Shown here piece after piece: positions 48,105-57,245 of a stretch of 64,000 nucleotides of DNA. The translations under genes and the position numbers were made by a program. The notes under the pieces are model-generated. The model worked only from the letters and a program-made list of their open reading frames with translations, was not told where the DNA came from and ran no database searches. The stretch is from assembly GCA_963727455.1 (NCBI GenBank), contig CAVSGG010000007.1, positions 96,001 to 160,000 of the forward strand. The letters are read 5' to 3'. The stretch comes from Candidatus Krumholzibacteriota bacterium. Its GTDB lineage: Bacteria > Krumholzibacteriota > Krumholzibacteriia > JAJRXK01. Numbering within the stretch: the first letter of the stretch is position 1; every line of letters starts with the position of its first letter.

Positions 48105-49244
48105 ATGGGCTTCTCCACCAAAGCGATCCACGCGGGACAAAAGCCGGAACCGGTCACCGGAGCGGTGATGACCCCCGTGTTTCAGACGTCCACCTACGCG
48201 CAGGACGGAATCGGAGAACACCGCGGCTACGAGTACGCGCGCACGCAGAATCCCACGCGCGAGGCCCTGGAGGGCTGCATTGCCGCCCTGGAGGGCGCGA
48301 GTCACGGAGTGGCTTTCGGCAGCGGAACCGCCGCGATCCACGCCATCCTCCAGACCCTGAACGGCGGCGACGAGATCATCTGTACCTCCAACGTCTATGG
48401 GGGCACCTACCGGCTCTTCGAGATGGTGCTTCGGCGATTTGGTCAGCGCTTTCACTTTGTCGACACCAGCGATCTCGCCGCGGTGGAAGAAGCTCTCAGC
48501 GAGAAGACGAAGTTGCTGTTCGTAGAGACGCCGACCAATCCGGTCTTGACGCTCAGCGACATCAAAGCGTGCGCCGAGCTGGCCCACGACAAGGGCGCGA
48601 AGCTGGCCGTCGACAACACCTTCATGAGCCCCTATTTCCAAAACCCCTTGGCCCTGGGCGCCGACGTCTGTGTGCACTCTACCACCAAGTATCTCAACGG
48701 ACACAGCGACATGGTTGGCGGCATCGTGCTCACCAATGACGACGATCTCTTCGCGAGCTTGAAATTTCTGCAGAATGCCGCGGGCGCGGTACCCGGTCCT
48801 TGGGATTGTTGGCTCGCGCTGCGTGGAGTGAAGACTCTGGCGGTGCGCATGCGGCAACACGATGCTAACGCGCGGCAGCTCGCGGCGTGGCTCGCGGAGC
48901 GGAAGGACGTGAAGAAAATTTACTATCCCGGCCTGGTTGCGCATCCCGGGCACGCGCTCGCGCAACGGCAAATGCGGGGTTTCGGGGGCATGATCTCCTT
49001 CGATCTGGGCTCGTTCGCTGCGGCGCAGAAAGTCGTAAAAGCGGTGCAAATCTTCACTCTGGCGGAGAGTCTCGGTGGGGTGGAGAGCCTGATCTCACAT
49101 CCAGCAATGATGACGCACGGCACCGTACCCAAAGAAATTCGCGAAGAATTGGGAATCACCGATGGCCTCGTGCGTATCAGCGTGGGCATCGAGGACGTAG
49201 AGGATCTGCAGAACGATTTGGAGCAAGCGTTGGATTCGATTTGA
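48105..49244 (+). CDS. Cystathionine gamma-lyase/gamma-synthase
   Basis: YEYARTQNPTR, ETPTNP, VDNTF, HSTTKYLNGHSD, AESLGGVESL. Confidence 0.93.
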   Translation: MGFSTKAIHAGQKPEPVTGAVMTPVFQTSTYAQDGIGEHRGYEYARTQNPTREALEGCIAALEGASHGVAFGSGTAAIHAILQTLNGGDEIICTSNVYGGTYRLFEMVLRRFGQRFHFVDTSDLAAVEEALSEKTKLLFVETPTNPVLTLSDIKACAELAHDKGAKLAVDNTFMSPYFQNPLALGADVCVHSTTKYLNGHSDMVGGIVLTNDDDLFASLKFLQNAAGAVPGPWDCWLALRGVKTLAVRMRQHDANARQLAAWLAERKDVKKIYYPGLVAHPGHALAQRQMRGFGGMISFDLGSFAAAQKVVKAVQIFTLAESLGGVESLISHPAMMTHGTVPKEIREELGITDGLVRISVGIEDVEDLQNDLEQALDSI

Positions 49245-49268
49245 TGCGCATGGGAATTTGCGACTTGC

Positions 49269-49297
49269 TTGACGCTCGCATTCCCAATTCGTATGAT
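49269..49297 (+). promoter_or_regulatory. Sigma70 promoter overlapped by an inverted repeat
   Basis: TTGACG-17 nt-TATGAT; dyad TGGGAATTTGCGA...TCGCATTCCCA flanks the -35. Confidence 0.65.
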
Positions 49298-49389
49298 CGC
49301 GCCACCGTTGATACGCTTCTTAGATGGGCAGCTTCCTGAGTAACGGTGTGGTCGATGTGAATGATGGTATTTGGTCTCAGGGAGGAAAA

Positions 49390-49575
49390 ATGACCAAGTC
49401 CGAAGACTCGTCCCTGGTGAAGGAAAAACATTTCGTGCGTTACGATCAACTCATCGAAAAAGCGGAACGAGAGGGACGGTTGAACGGTTCCTACCGTTGC
49501 CTGGTGTGCGGAATGCGATACAACCTGAAAGAGGAAGCAGAGGACTGCTGCAAGGTCGTCGCGTCCCGAAGGTAA
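49390..49575 (+). CDS. Small Cys-rich (zinc-finger-like) protein, 61 aa
   Basis: GGGAGG RBS; YRCLVCGMRY...AEDCC. Confidence 0.7.
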   Translation: MTKSEDSSLVKEKHFVRYDQLIEKAEREGRLNGSYRCLVCGMRYNLKEEAEDCCKVVASRR

Positions 49576-49625
49576 GCGAAACCCCACGGGAAAGATTATT
49601 CACCATGCCACAGCAGGGCACTGCT

Positions 49626-49988
49626 ATGCGCCAGTACTGTTCGGTTTGCAAGGATCACCTCGAGATGACGGTGGTCAGCGATACCAGCGAAGACGGAGTC
49701 ATCTGGCTGAAGTGTCCGCGCTGCAAGGGCATCCTTCCCCACATGGAGGAGACGGGGGAAGAAAGCGCTCAGCCTGCCCCGGAAGATCCCCTCGAGGAAA
49801 TCGACATCAGCAAGGCGGTGCCCTACGATTCCACGCGGGTGTATGAGGTGGGGGATATCGTCCACCATCGCAGTTGGAACGACTATGGTGTGGTGTTGGA
49901 GATCGTCGATCTTCCCGGAAACCGGCGCACGGCCCGGATTCGTTTCAGCGAGCACGGCGAGATCCAACTCATCATGGGTGAGCGCTGA
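49626..49988 (+). CDS. Small zinc-ribbon + SH3/Tudor-like protein
   Basis: CSVC...CPRC, then YEVGDIVHHRSWNDYGVV..IRF. Start 49605 or 49626. Confidence 0.7.
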   Translation: MRQYCSVCKDHLEMTVVSDTSEDGVIWLKCPRCKGILPHMEETGEESAQPAPEDPLEEIDISKAVPYDSTRVYEVGDIVHHRSWNDYGVVLEIVDLPGNRRTARIRFSEHGEIQLIMGER

Positions 49989-50031
49989 TCTCTTCGCGCA
50001 CTACGGTCGCACCTTTCAGCCGGGATGCAGG

Positions 50032-50867
50032 ATGAAGCTGGTGCCGCGGGTCCTGTTTCTACTTGTGGTTCTCTTGGCACTGTCGGTGCGGGTGGCGACT
50101 GCCTCCCCACCGCGGCAGCAACTTCTGCCGCCGGTCCCCCTGGATAACCTCGACTTTCCGCAGCAGTCCACTCCGATGGATTTGCAGTTGCAGGTCTACA
50201 CCCTGGTAGATCGGTCCCGTGTCGAGTGGTATCGCCTGCAGGGTTGGAGAAAGCTGGCGGGTCGGGTGGCCGTCGGAGGCGGCGTGAGCTACGCCGGGGT
50301 GGCGCGCCAGCAGAGGGCGGAGTATGGGGGTGGCCCGGCCTGGGTCGCCCTATCCACCCATTTGGGAGGGGAGGGGGCGCTGGGCTTTTCGATCGACGTG
50401 GACGGGACCTTGCCCCTGGGCGACGAAAACCTCTTCCCCGTGGCGAGCGATGCCTCTTCCATCGGACTTCGATTGCGGGGCTCGGCGGGCCGCTTCGCCG
50501 GCGGGCGGGCTTGGCTGGGCTGGACCGCGCGGAGGGTCTCGCCCCCCCCCAGAACGAGCCCGCACTGGACCGCCCTGACAGCTCCTGGCCCTCCGCCAGC
50601 TCCTTGATGGCAGCCTGGCACGCACTGGGGCCGCGCCTGGGCGGTGCGGTCTCCGTCCGCTACGACCTGGCGGGAGCCCCCGAGAGCTTCTGGTTCGAGG
50701 GTGAGCTGAGCTGGTTTCCCGTGGCGGATCTGGGACTGAAAGTAGGGGCCAGCGCCTCCACCGGCCCCGCCGAGAACCGCCCCATGGACTGGGCCTGGCT
50801 CTTCGGGGTGCGTTGGCGTCCCCGCCCTGCGGCGGCCACGACCGGTATCGATTCTTCCGGAAAATAA
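50032..50867 (+). pseudogene. Probable outer-membrane beta-barrel protein frameshifted at a C9 tract
   Basis: Signal-peptide frame (MKLVPRVLFLL) reads to ..RRVSPPP; amphipathic beta-strands continue in the -1 frame (QNEPALD...WLFGVRWRP). C9 at 50542-50550; C10 or C7 restores one ORF. Confidence 0.65.
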
Positions 50868-50966
50868 TATTACCGGGGTGGCTTGTAGGCCGGCCCGCGC
50901 TTGGGGTAGAGTGAGAAGTGCCTCCTCTTCCCTTGGATTCCTCGAGCAAGGCAGACGGGTGCGCCC

Positions 50967-53900
50967 GTGAACGAAAATCTCATTGCCCAACGCTTTCAAC
51001 GCCTCCTGCCGCTGCACGAAGACGAGACCCTCGCTTTGGACCTGGCGCGTGACCTCGCCTCCGATTCCCTGGGCTCGCTCCTGAGTGTTCGCGCCCGCGC
51101 AGATTGTCATCACGAACTCGCCATGAGAGTGCGGCTGGCCAGTTTCGCGCCGGGGAAGCTGTTCCGTGAGCTTCCGCCGCTGGCGGTGGTCGGGTCGCAC
51201 GACAGTCTGCACTTCTTCTTGCCGCCAATCGAAGCTCATCCCTGGGAAATCCAGCTTTTGGCCTTCGAGGGCAGCCGGGCCATTCAGGATCTGCGCGTCG
51301 TCCTTCAGGGACTCGACGAACTGCTGAAGAAGGGATGCCCTGGGGGGCGGCTCGCTCTCCCCGCGCTCTATCGCGACGAGGAGGGTCCCTTCTTCTTGCC
51401 CAGTTCCTACGTGCTGCCGCCGGCGCAAATGCACTCCCATCACGATCCCAATTCCTGCCGGCAGGAAGTGTGGAACTTGCGGGAAGAGCTTTCGGCTCTG
51501 TGCCGTCGCTATCTGAAAATGGCGGGCGGACGACTCCAGGCGCTCGAGCGCGAGGAGATCAGCGAACTGCAGCGGAAGCTAGTGGCCGAGGACAGCGACG
51601 CGCCGATGTCCGCGGCACTCTCTCCTCTGGCGCAGGCTCTGGAGTCTTCGCGCGAGGAAGGCGGATGTCTGATTCTCTCCGGCAGCGATCGGGCTCAGGA
51701 AGAGGCTGAGCACCTTGCGCTGCGCTGGGCGCAAACCTCCGAACGCAGGCAAGCCGTTCTCCGGCCGCACGTTTCCTCCCCTCTGAGCCGCGCGGGTCGT
51801 GGCAGCGAGGAGAGTGGGGGGCCGGTCGTGATCTTGCGCGATTTCGCTAGCTATCCCGCGTTCGCCGAGAGCTTGCAGCGACTCAAGACTGCGGGCTACT
51901 GGGGAGGGACCGAGATCCTGCTGGTTCTCATTCCCAAAGGCCACAAGGAGGAAGCGGCACGGCTCTACCTGGATGATTTGAGGAGAGGACGCGAAGGCAA
52001 GACCTTCGAGTGGATCCTGCCCGAGCCTCCCAAGGAAGTGCTTACGGTCGAAAAGAGCGCGAGCCTGCAGGGGAGAATTCTCGAAGCACTACAAGAAGCC
52101 GGTCGACCGCTGGCCGCCTCCATGCTCCTGCTCACCCTCTCGGTATCCGAGGAGGAATTCGCCGCGGCCACGACTCGACTCTTCGCACAGGATCGGGTGG
52201 AGTTCTCCTACGGCTTCGTCGACGAAGTGGGAGCGGTACAGGAACTCGTTCTCGCGCTTCCCCCCCAAGAGACAGTGGAGTGCACGGCAGAGCGTGCAGC
52301 CGAAGTCAACAAATTGCTCGCCGCCTCCCTGGAGAAACTCTCAGGACGCAGCGGTCCGGGTTGTCTCTGGCTCCGGCTGCGTCACGCCCTCGCCACCGAA
52401 TCGCCGAGGGTCGGGGCCCTGGCCCGACAACTCGGCGGACTCGCCGAACGCATGGGCGATCCCTTCCTGCAGTACGCGGTCTACGAGCGCATGCTGGCCG
52501 ACGGGTACAGCTCGCATCTCAAGAGTGAAGACCGAGCCAAGGCTGCTCTGGTCATGGGAGGTCTGCACCGCCGAGCGGGTGAATTGACGCGCGCCGAGGA
52601 ACTGCTCAAGAGCGGACTGAAAGGCATCGCCGACGAGGAGGATCAGAGTGGCCGGCCGCTGGTTCCGATGGCGGCGGAGCTCACGCTGGAGCTGGGCGCA
52701 ATCACGCGCGACCGCAACCGGCATACCGAAACCCAAACCCTCATTGCGGAGGCGCTGGAACGTTACGGAGAGGACCTCCCGACCCATCTTCGCGCCAGGC
52801 TCTATCTCGACATTTCCTGGGCGCTTCTGAAGCTGGGTCGCACGCGCGAAGCCGCCAACTACTGCGAGCTCGTGCTGAAGATCCTGGACGGGGAGAGCTA
52901 TCCGCACGAAGTCGCCCGAGCGTACAACCAACTCGGCGTGGTCCAGTACGAGGAGAGCAACTACGCGCAGAGCCTGATCAACTTGCAGCGCGCTCTCGTG
53001 CTTCGCGAGCAGGCGGGGGACGCGATGGGAGTCGCGCGCAGCTACAACAACCTTTCGCTCACCTATCGCAGTTTGGGCCGACTGGCCGAGGCGGAGCGCT
53101 GTCTCAAGCGCAGCCTCGAAGCCAAGGTGAAGGCGGGCGACTCTCTCGGGGTCGCGGTCACCCAACTCAATCTCGGTCTGCTCGCGATCGATCAACACGA
53201 ATACCAGCGCGCGCGAGCCTATGCCGCGGAGTGCCTCCACGTCGCCCGCCGCTACCGTCACCGGCAAATGGAAGCCGAAGCCCACGGCTTACTCGGAGAG
53301 GCGGCCATGGGCGAGGGCCACTACCAGGAGGCGCGGGATCTTCTCCTGCGGGATTTGGAACTTTGTCGGGCCCAGAACTACGAGACCGAGAGACTGGCCA
53401 CTCTCAGGCGTATCGTCGGCCTGATGCTGAAACTGAAGAACTTGAAGGAGGCCAAACAGCGGCTCGAAGAGGCGCGCGAGCTCTTGACCACGGTTCCCTC
53501 GCTCTACGAGGCGTCGATGCTCCAGGTCTTCCAGTCCGAGATCCTCCGTCACGATGGCGTGCACCAGCAAGCTCGTGATGTCCTGAACAAGGCGGCGCGA
53601 AGCTTCGGTGGCATGCGGCGCTACGACTTGCAACTCGACTGTCTGGCGCGCCGCGCGGAGCTCGAATGGGAATTGGGTCACAAGTCCGAAGCGAGGTTGA
53701 CCTTCCAGGAGGCACGGGAGCTGGCGATGCGCCACGAGATCCATCGCCTGCCCACCTTCCTTCACGAACTGGAGGGACGTTTGGAAGGGAGCCTGATTGG
53801 GAGTCCGGCGCCCGCCGCCACGGACCACAAGCTGGAGACGCTCGCCGAACTCTTGGGGCCGGGAGGCGATCTCGAAGCCGGACGGCCCGGAGCGGTGCTT

Positions 53901-55289
53901 CGCATGGTGGCGGCCGTCCTGGCCGCCCCGGAGGTGTATTGGATGCGTACTCCACGCCAGCGCTCACTCGCTCTGGTGCGCGGAAAAGTCACCGAGCAAG
54001 CGGCACCCAACAAGCTGCAGGAACTCGTGTCGAAGACGAAGGCGGGACGGACGACCCCGAGTTTCCAGGAGCGACCCTTTACCGGGGTGCGCGTACGCGG
54101 CGCGGATGTCGGCTGGCTCTGCGTGAAGCGCGATCGTCGGCTCGATGAGGGCGAGCTCGCATTCCTGCTCACGGTGGCGGGTATCCTGAGTTTGGCGGGA
54201 CGGCAAGCCACGACCCAAGTCCCCGAGGAATCGTTCGTCACCGAAGAGAAGGAACAGCCTGGCGCCACCTACGGCATCATCGGGAACAGTTCCGAGATCC
54301 GAGAAGTGTTGCGCATGATCGAAATGGTCAAGGGCAACGACGTAACCATCCTGATTCTCGGAGAAAACGGGACCGGGAAAGACCTCGTGGCGCGCGCCAT
54401 CCACAACGCGGGGCCCAGAGCGAAAAGGGAAATGGTGGCGGTCAACTGCGCCTCGATTCCTCCCACTCTCCTGGAGAGCGAGCTCTTCGGACACGAGAAG
54501 GGCGCCTTCACCTCGGCCGTCGACCGCCGCATCGGTCTCTTCGAGCGAGCTCATGGTGGCAGTGTGTTTCTCGACGAGATCGCTGAGATGCCTTTGGCCA
54601 TGCAGGCAAAGCTGTTGCGTGTGTTGCAGGACAAGACCTTCACCCGCGTGGGTGGAAGCAAGAACATCAGTTCCGATGTGCGGGTCATCGCGGCCACCAA
54701 CCGGGATCTGACAGAGGAAGTGGAGCAGGGACGCTTCCGGATGGATCTCTTTTACCGGCTCAACGTCATCTCCATTCGGCTTCCCCCTCTTCGCGAACGG
54801 CGAGAGGACATCCGGCCGCTGGTACATCACTTCCTGCTCTCGTTTTCCAGCGAGTTCCGGCGCCCGGTGCGGGGAATCACCGAGGAGGCGATCGACCGGC
54901 TCATGAACTACGACTGGCCGGGCAACATCCGGGAACTGGAAAACGTCATCAAAAAGGCGATCGTATTCGCGAGCCGCGACCTCCTGCGGGTAGAGGATTT
55001 ACCCAGAATGGGTACGAAGGGACTGCGGATGCACCGTCGTCCCAAGCTCGAGGACACCGTGCGGAGCCTCATCGAGAGCGAGGACTACTCCGCCCAGAGG
55101 CCGCTGATGCCGCGTCTCGAGCTGCAAATCGCCTGGGAACTCGTGCAGTCCGTCGGAAACAAGACAAAAGCCGCGCGCCTGCTGGGGATCACCAAACCCA
55201 CGCTCTACAGCCGTTTGCGCCGTTATGCCGCCCTCAGTGGCGAAGGCGAAGAAGGAGTGATTTTGCGGCAAAAAAGTGGGCGAGCCTAG
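50967..55289 (+). CDS. Giant sigma54-dependent activator (bEBP) with TPR array, AAA+ domain and Fis-type HTH
   Basis: TPRs (ARAYNQLGVV, ARSYNNLSL, AVTQLNLGLL); GENGTGKD, ESELFGHEKGAFTSA, FLDEI, FRMDLFYRLNV, WPGNIREL; NKTKAARLLGITKPTLYSRL. Confidence 0.92.
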   Translation: MNENLIAQRFQRLLPLHEDETLALDLARDLASDSLGSLLSVRARADCHHELAMRVRLASFAPGKLFRELPPLAVVGSHDSLHFFLPPIEAHPWEIQLLAFEGSRAIQDLRVVLQGLDELLKKGCPGGRLALPALYRDEEGPFFLPSSYVLPPAQMHSHHDPNSCRQEVWNLREELSALCRRYLKMAGGRLQALEREEISELQRKLVAEDSDAPMSAALSPLAQALESSREEGGCLILSGSDRAQEEAEHLALRWAQTSERRQAVLRPHVSSPLSRAGRGSEESGGPVVILRDFASYPAFAESLQRLKTAGYWGGTEILLVLIPKGHKEEAARLYLDDLRRGREGKTFEWILPEPPKEVLTVEKSASLQGRILEALQEAGRPLAASMLLLTLSVSEEEFAAATTRLFAQDRVEFSYGFVDEVGAVQELVLALPPQETVECTAERAAEVNKLLAASLEKLSGRSGPGCLWLRLRHALATESPRVGALARQLGGLAERMGDPFLQYAVYERMLADGYSSHLKSEDRAKAALVMGGLHRRAGELTRAEELLKSGLKGIADEEDQSGRPLVPMAAELTLELGAITRDRNRHTETQTLIAEALERYGEDLPTHLRARLYLDISWALLKLGRTREAANYCELVLKILDGESYPHEVARAYNQLGVVQYEESNYAQSLINLQRALVLREQAGDAMGVARSYNNLSLTYRSLGRLAEAERCLKRSLEAKVKAGDSLGVAVTQLNLGLLAIDQHEYQRARAYAAECLHVARRYRHRQMEAEAHGLLGEAAMGEGHYQEARDLLLRDLELCRAQNYETERLATLRRIVGLMLKLKNLKEAKQRLEEARELLTTVPSLYEASMLQVFQSEILRHDGVHQQARDVLNKAARSFGGMRRYDLQLDCLARRAELEWELGHKSEARLTFQEARELAMRHEIHRLPTFLHELEGRLEGSLIGSPAPAATDHKLETLAELLGPGGDLEAGRPGAVLRMVAAVLAAPEVYWMRTPRQRSLALVRGKVTEQAAPNKLQELVSKTKAGRTTPSFQERPFTGVRVRGADVGWLCVKRDRRLDEGELAFLLTVAGILSLAGRQATTQVPEESFVTEEKEQPGATYGIIGNSSEIREVLRMIEMVKGNDVTILILGENGTGKDLVARAIHNAGPRAKREMVAVNCASIPPTLLESELFGHEKGAFTSAVDRRIGLFERAHGGSVFLDEIAEMPLAMQAKLLRVLQDKTFTRVGGSKNISSDVRVIAATNRDLTEEVEQGRFRMDLFYRLNVISIRLPPLRERREDIRPLVHHFLLSFSSEFRRPVRGITEEAIDRLMNYDWPGNIRELENVIKKAIVFASRDLLRVEDLPRMGTKGLRMHRRPKLEDTVRSLIESEDYSAQRPLMPRLELQIAWELVQSVGNKTKAARLLGITKPTLYSRLRRYAALSGEGEEGVILRQKSGRA

Positions 55290-55407
55290 CGCTCCAGCGA
55301 GCCATCGGCCCGAAACGAACCAGAAAGTGGTTCCCTCAGCGCACAAAGATCTGTATCATACCAAAAGCTGGCAGTACCCTGCCAACGAGCCCAGGAGGAG
55401 GGTTTCC

Positions 55408-55770
55408 ATGTTCCGCACTGGCACCATTGCCGTACTTCTCCTCTTCGTCGCACTCTTCACTGCTGTCGCGTTAACGCCGGCTCACGCCAAATGGGCCGTA
55501 AAGGCCACCTTCGATGCGGGGACGCACGAACTCAATCTCGGCACGCAAGTGCTGGAAGTGACCAACAGCAAGCCCATCGTCATCACGGTGCAGTCGGGGA
55601 CGGACCTCATCGCGGGCATCATCGACGCGCTCCAGAAGAACGAGTCCACCCGCGTCCGGATCATCCTCAAGCGTGAAGAGGATACGCTGCTCTTCGATGG
55701 TGAGGTGGCCGACACCGTAGAGTTCAAATCGGCCACCAGCACGGATGAAACCGGGCACTCCGAACTCTAG
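55408..55770 (+). CDS. Small secreted protein (120 aa)
   Basis: AGGAGGAGG RBS; signal peptide ending PAHA; beta-rich mature part. Confidence 0.8.
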   Translation: MFRTGTIAVLLLFVALFTAVALTPAHAKWAVKATFDAGTHELNLGTQVLEVTNSKPIVITVQSGTDLIAGIIDALQKNESTRVRIILKREEDTLLFDGEVADTVEFKSATSTDETGHSEL

Positions 55771-55925
55771 GTTTTGTCCCCAATTCGTTAAAATATTTGC
55801 TGAAATATAAAATTCCTTGATGGTGTAGTTTTTTGAACCGTGGACCGGGTCGCAACGGGAATTTTCAACTTCAAATTTGCCAAGGACTTAGCGCTGCGTT
55901 CCCGCGTCGAAAATGAGCGAACAGC

Positions 55926-55941
55926 TGGCACGCGATATGCC
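55926..55941 (+). promoter_or_regulatory. Sigma54 (-24/-12) promoter
   Basis: TGGCACGCGATATGCC (GG-N10-GC); IHF-like CCAAGGACTTAG ~40 bp upstream; AT-rich tract ~55790-55835 could hold the UAS. Confidence 0.85.
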
Positions 55942-55950
55942 ATGTATCAA

Positions 55951-56128
55951 GCTCGGATAGGCAAACGAGCCTACTTACTGGCGAGGGCGGCTGGAGGTGT
56001 GTCAGGAATACGAGGGGCTTTCACCGCTTCGCCAGTAAGGATATCGTGCGAGTGCCATCCGTTGGATCGCGATAATCGTTGTGCTACCGTGCGCCGGGTC
56101 TCTCTTGGAGGCCCGGCGTTCGTGTCTT
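55951..56128 (+). ncRNA. Candidate sigma54-dependent small RNA
   Basis: Starts at the predicted TSS. Four hairpins, including CTTACTGGCGA/TCGCCAGTAAG extended to ~23 bp, and a terminal GC-rich terminator-like hairpin. No credible internal ORF. Confidence 0.7.
56091..56128 (+). terminator. Probable terminator of the candidate sRNA
   Basis: GCGCCGGGTCTC-loop-GAGGCCCGGCGT followed by TCGTGTCTT (weak U tail). Confidence 0.6.
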
Positions 56129-56236
56129 CCTGGGGAATCGCGGGGAGAATCGCGTCGACACCCCACGGCTTCTGAGCTAGCGTGTGCCTGATCCAGCTCG
56201 AACCCCCTCCTTTTTCCATCGAGGTCAGAACCCGTC

Positions 56237-57013
56237 GTGAAGCCCTGGTGTACGCGGATTCTCGCGAGCGGGTGCTGGCTCCTCTTGGGCCTACTCGGTA
56301 CCGCCCACGCGGTAGACTTGCAGTCCTTGCCGGAAATCGGTGCGGTGGTGGACGCCCGGGTTCCCCTGCCCACCGACGGTGTGCGGGGCTTTCTCTTCGA
56401 GAACGACTCCGTGGTGCTCTTGGCCACCGCCAATAGGGGGCTCTCTGCTCCTGATTCCACCTTTCAGGTCAGTTTGATGCGGTGGCAGGCATCGACCGGG
56501 AACCTGCGCATCCTGAGCACGCAAACCGACGAGTTCGAAACCGGCTTAAGCTCCGATGGAGAAAACTGGTGGAGCAGTGGCAGCCTCTTGGGGACGAGCA
56601 GCGGGATCTATCAGATTTCCCCGGGCAGCGGCAAAGTCCTGACGACCCTCCCTGCACCAGGTCATCACCCGGGAGGGATCGCGTACGACGGGCTGTACCT
56701 GTGGGTCGTCGACTGCGACGCGCGGAACATTCTGAGGGTAGATACCGAGGAGGGCCGCGTATCCAAGAAGGTTGCGGCGCCCGCGTTCTATCCCACGGGC
56801 TTGGCCTACGACGGTTACCACTTCTGGTCCGCCGACGCCAGTACGGGCAGGCTCTACCGGCTCTCGGGAACCACCGGCCGGCGCGATGCCGTGATCGCCA
56901 AGGACGCGTTCTACCGACCCGGAGAGTTCGTGAGCCTCAGCTGGGACGGCAAGGGTCTGTGGACCGTGGCCGCCAGTGACTCCGAGGCTGCCCGCCTGCA
57001 GATTCTGCGCTGA
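56237..57013 (+). CDS. Secreted beta-propeller protein (glutaminyl-cyclase/YncE-like repeats)
   Basis: Signal peptide ending AHA; repeats GLSSDGENWW, GIAYDGLYLW, GLAYDGYHFW, SLSWDGKGLW. Confidence 0.75.
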   Translation: MKPWCTRILASGCWLLLGLLGTAHAVDLQSLPEIGAVVDARVPLPTDGVRGFLFENDSVVLLATANRGLSAPDSTFQVSLMRWQASTGNLRILSTQTDEFETGLSSDGENWWSSGSLLGTSSGIYQISPGSGKVLTTLPAPGHHPGGIAYDGLYLWVVDCDARNILRVDTEEGRVSKKVAAPAFYPTGLAYDGYHFWSADASTGRLYRLSGTTGRRDAVIAKDAFYRPGEFVSLSWDGKGLWTVAASDSEAARLQILR

Positions 57014-57245
57014 TCTTGGCCCCCTTTTTGCCCCTTGTGGCGCACTGTGGTTTGCTTGACGCCCCCCGTATACCATGGCTAAGTTGAAGATGTCAGCGGC
57101 GAGTTCCTCTCCATGCCGTTGCAAGCGTGCAATCGCAACGGCCTGCTATCACATCAGTTGACACGACCTCCTAGCTTGGTATGGAGATTGCAGCTCATGC
57201 TGTACACGATCTTCCAGCCAAGAGCCCCAATTGCGGGAGAGCACG

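Noticed and set aside
55840-56175. 111-aa ORF spanning the sigma54 promoter and sRNA candidate
   Set aside because: It starts upstream of the promoter, has no RBS and an atypical composition, and runs through a terminator-like hairpin. Its internal ATG (55942) lies before the predicted TSS.
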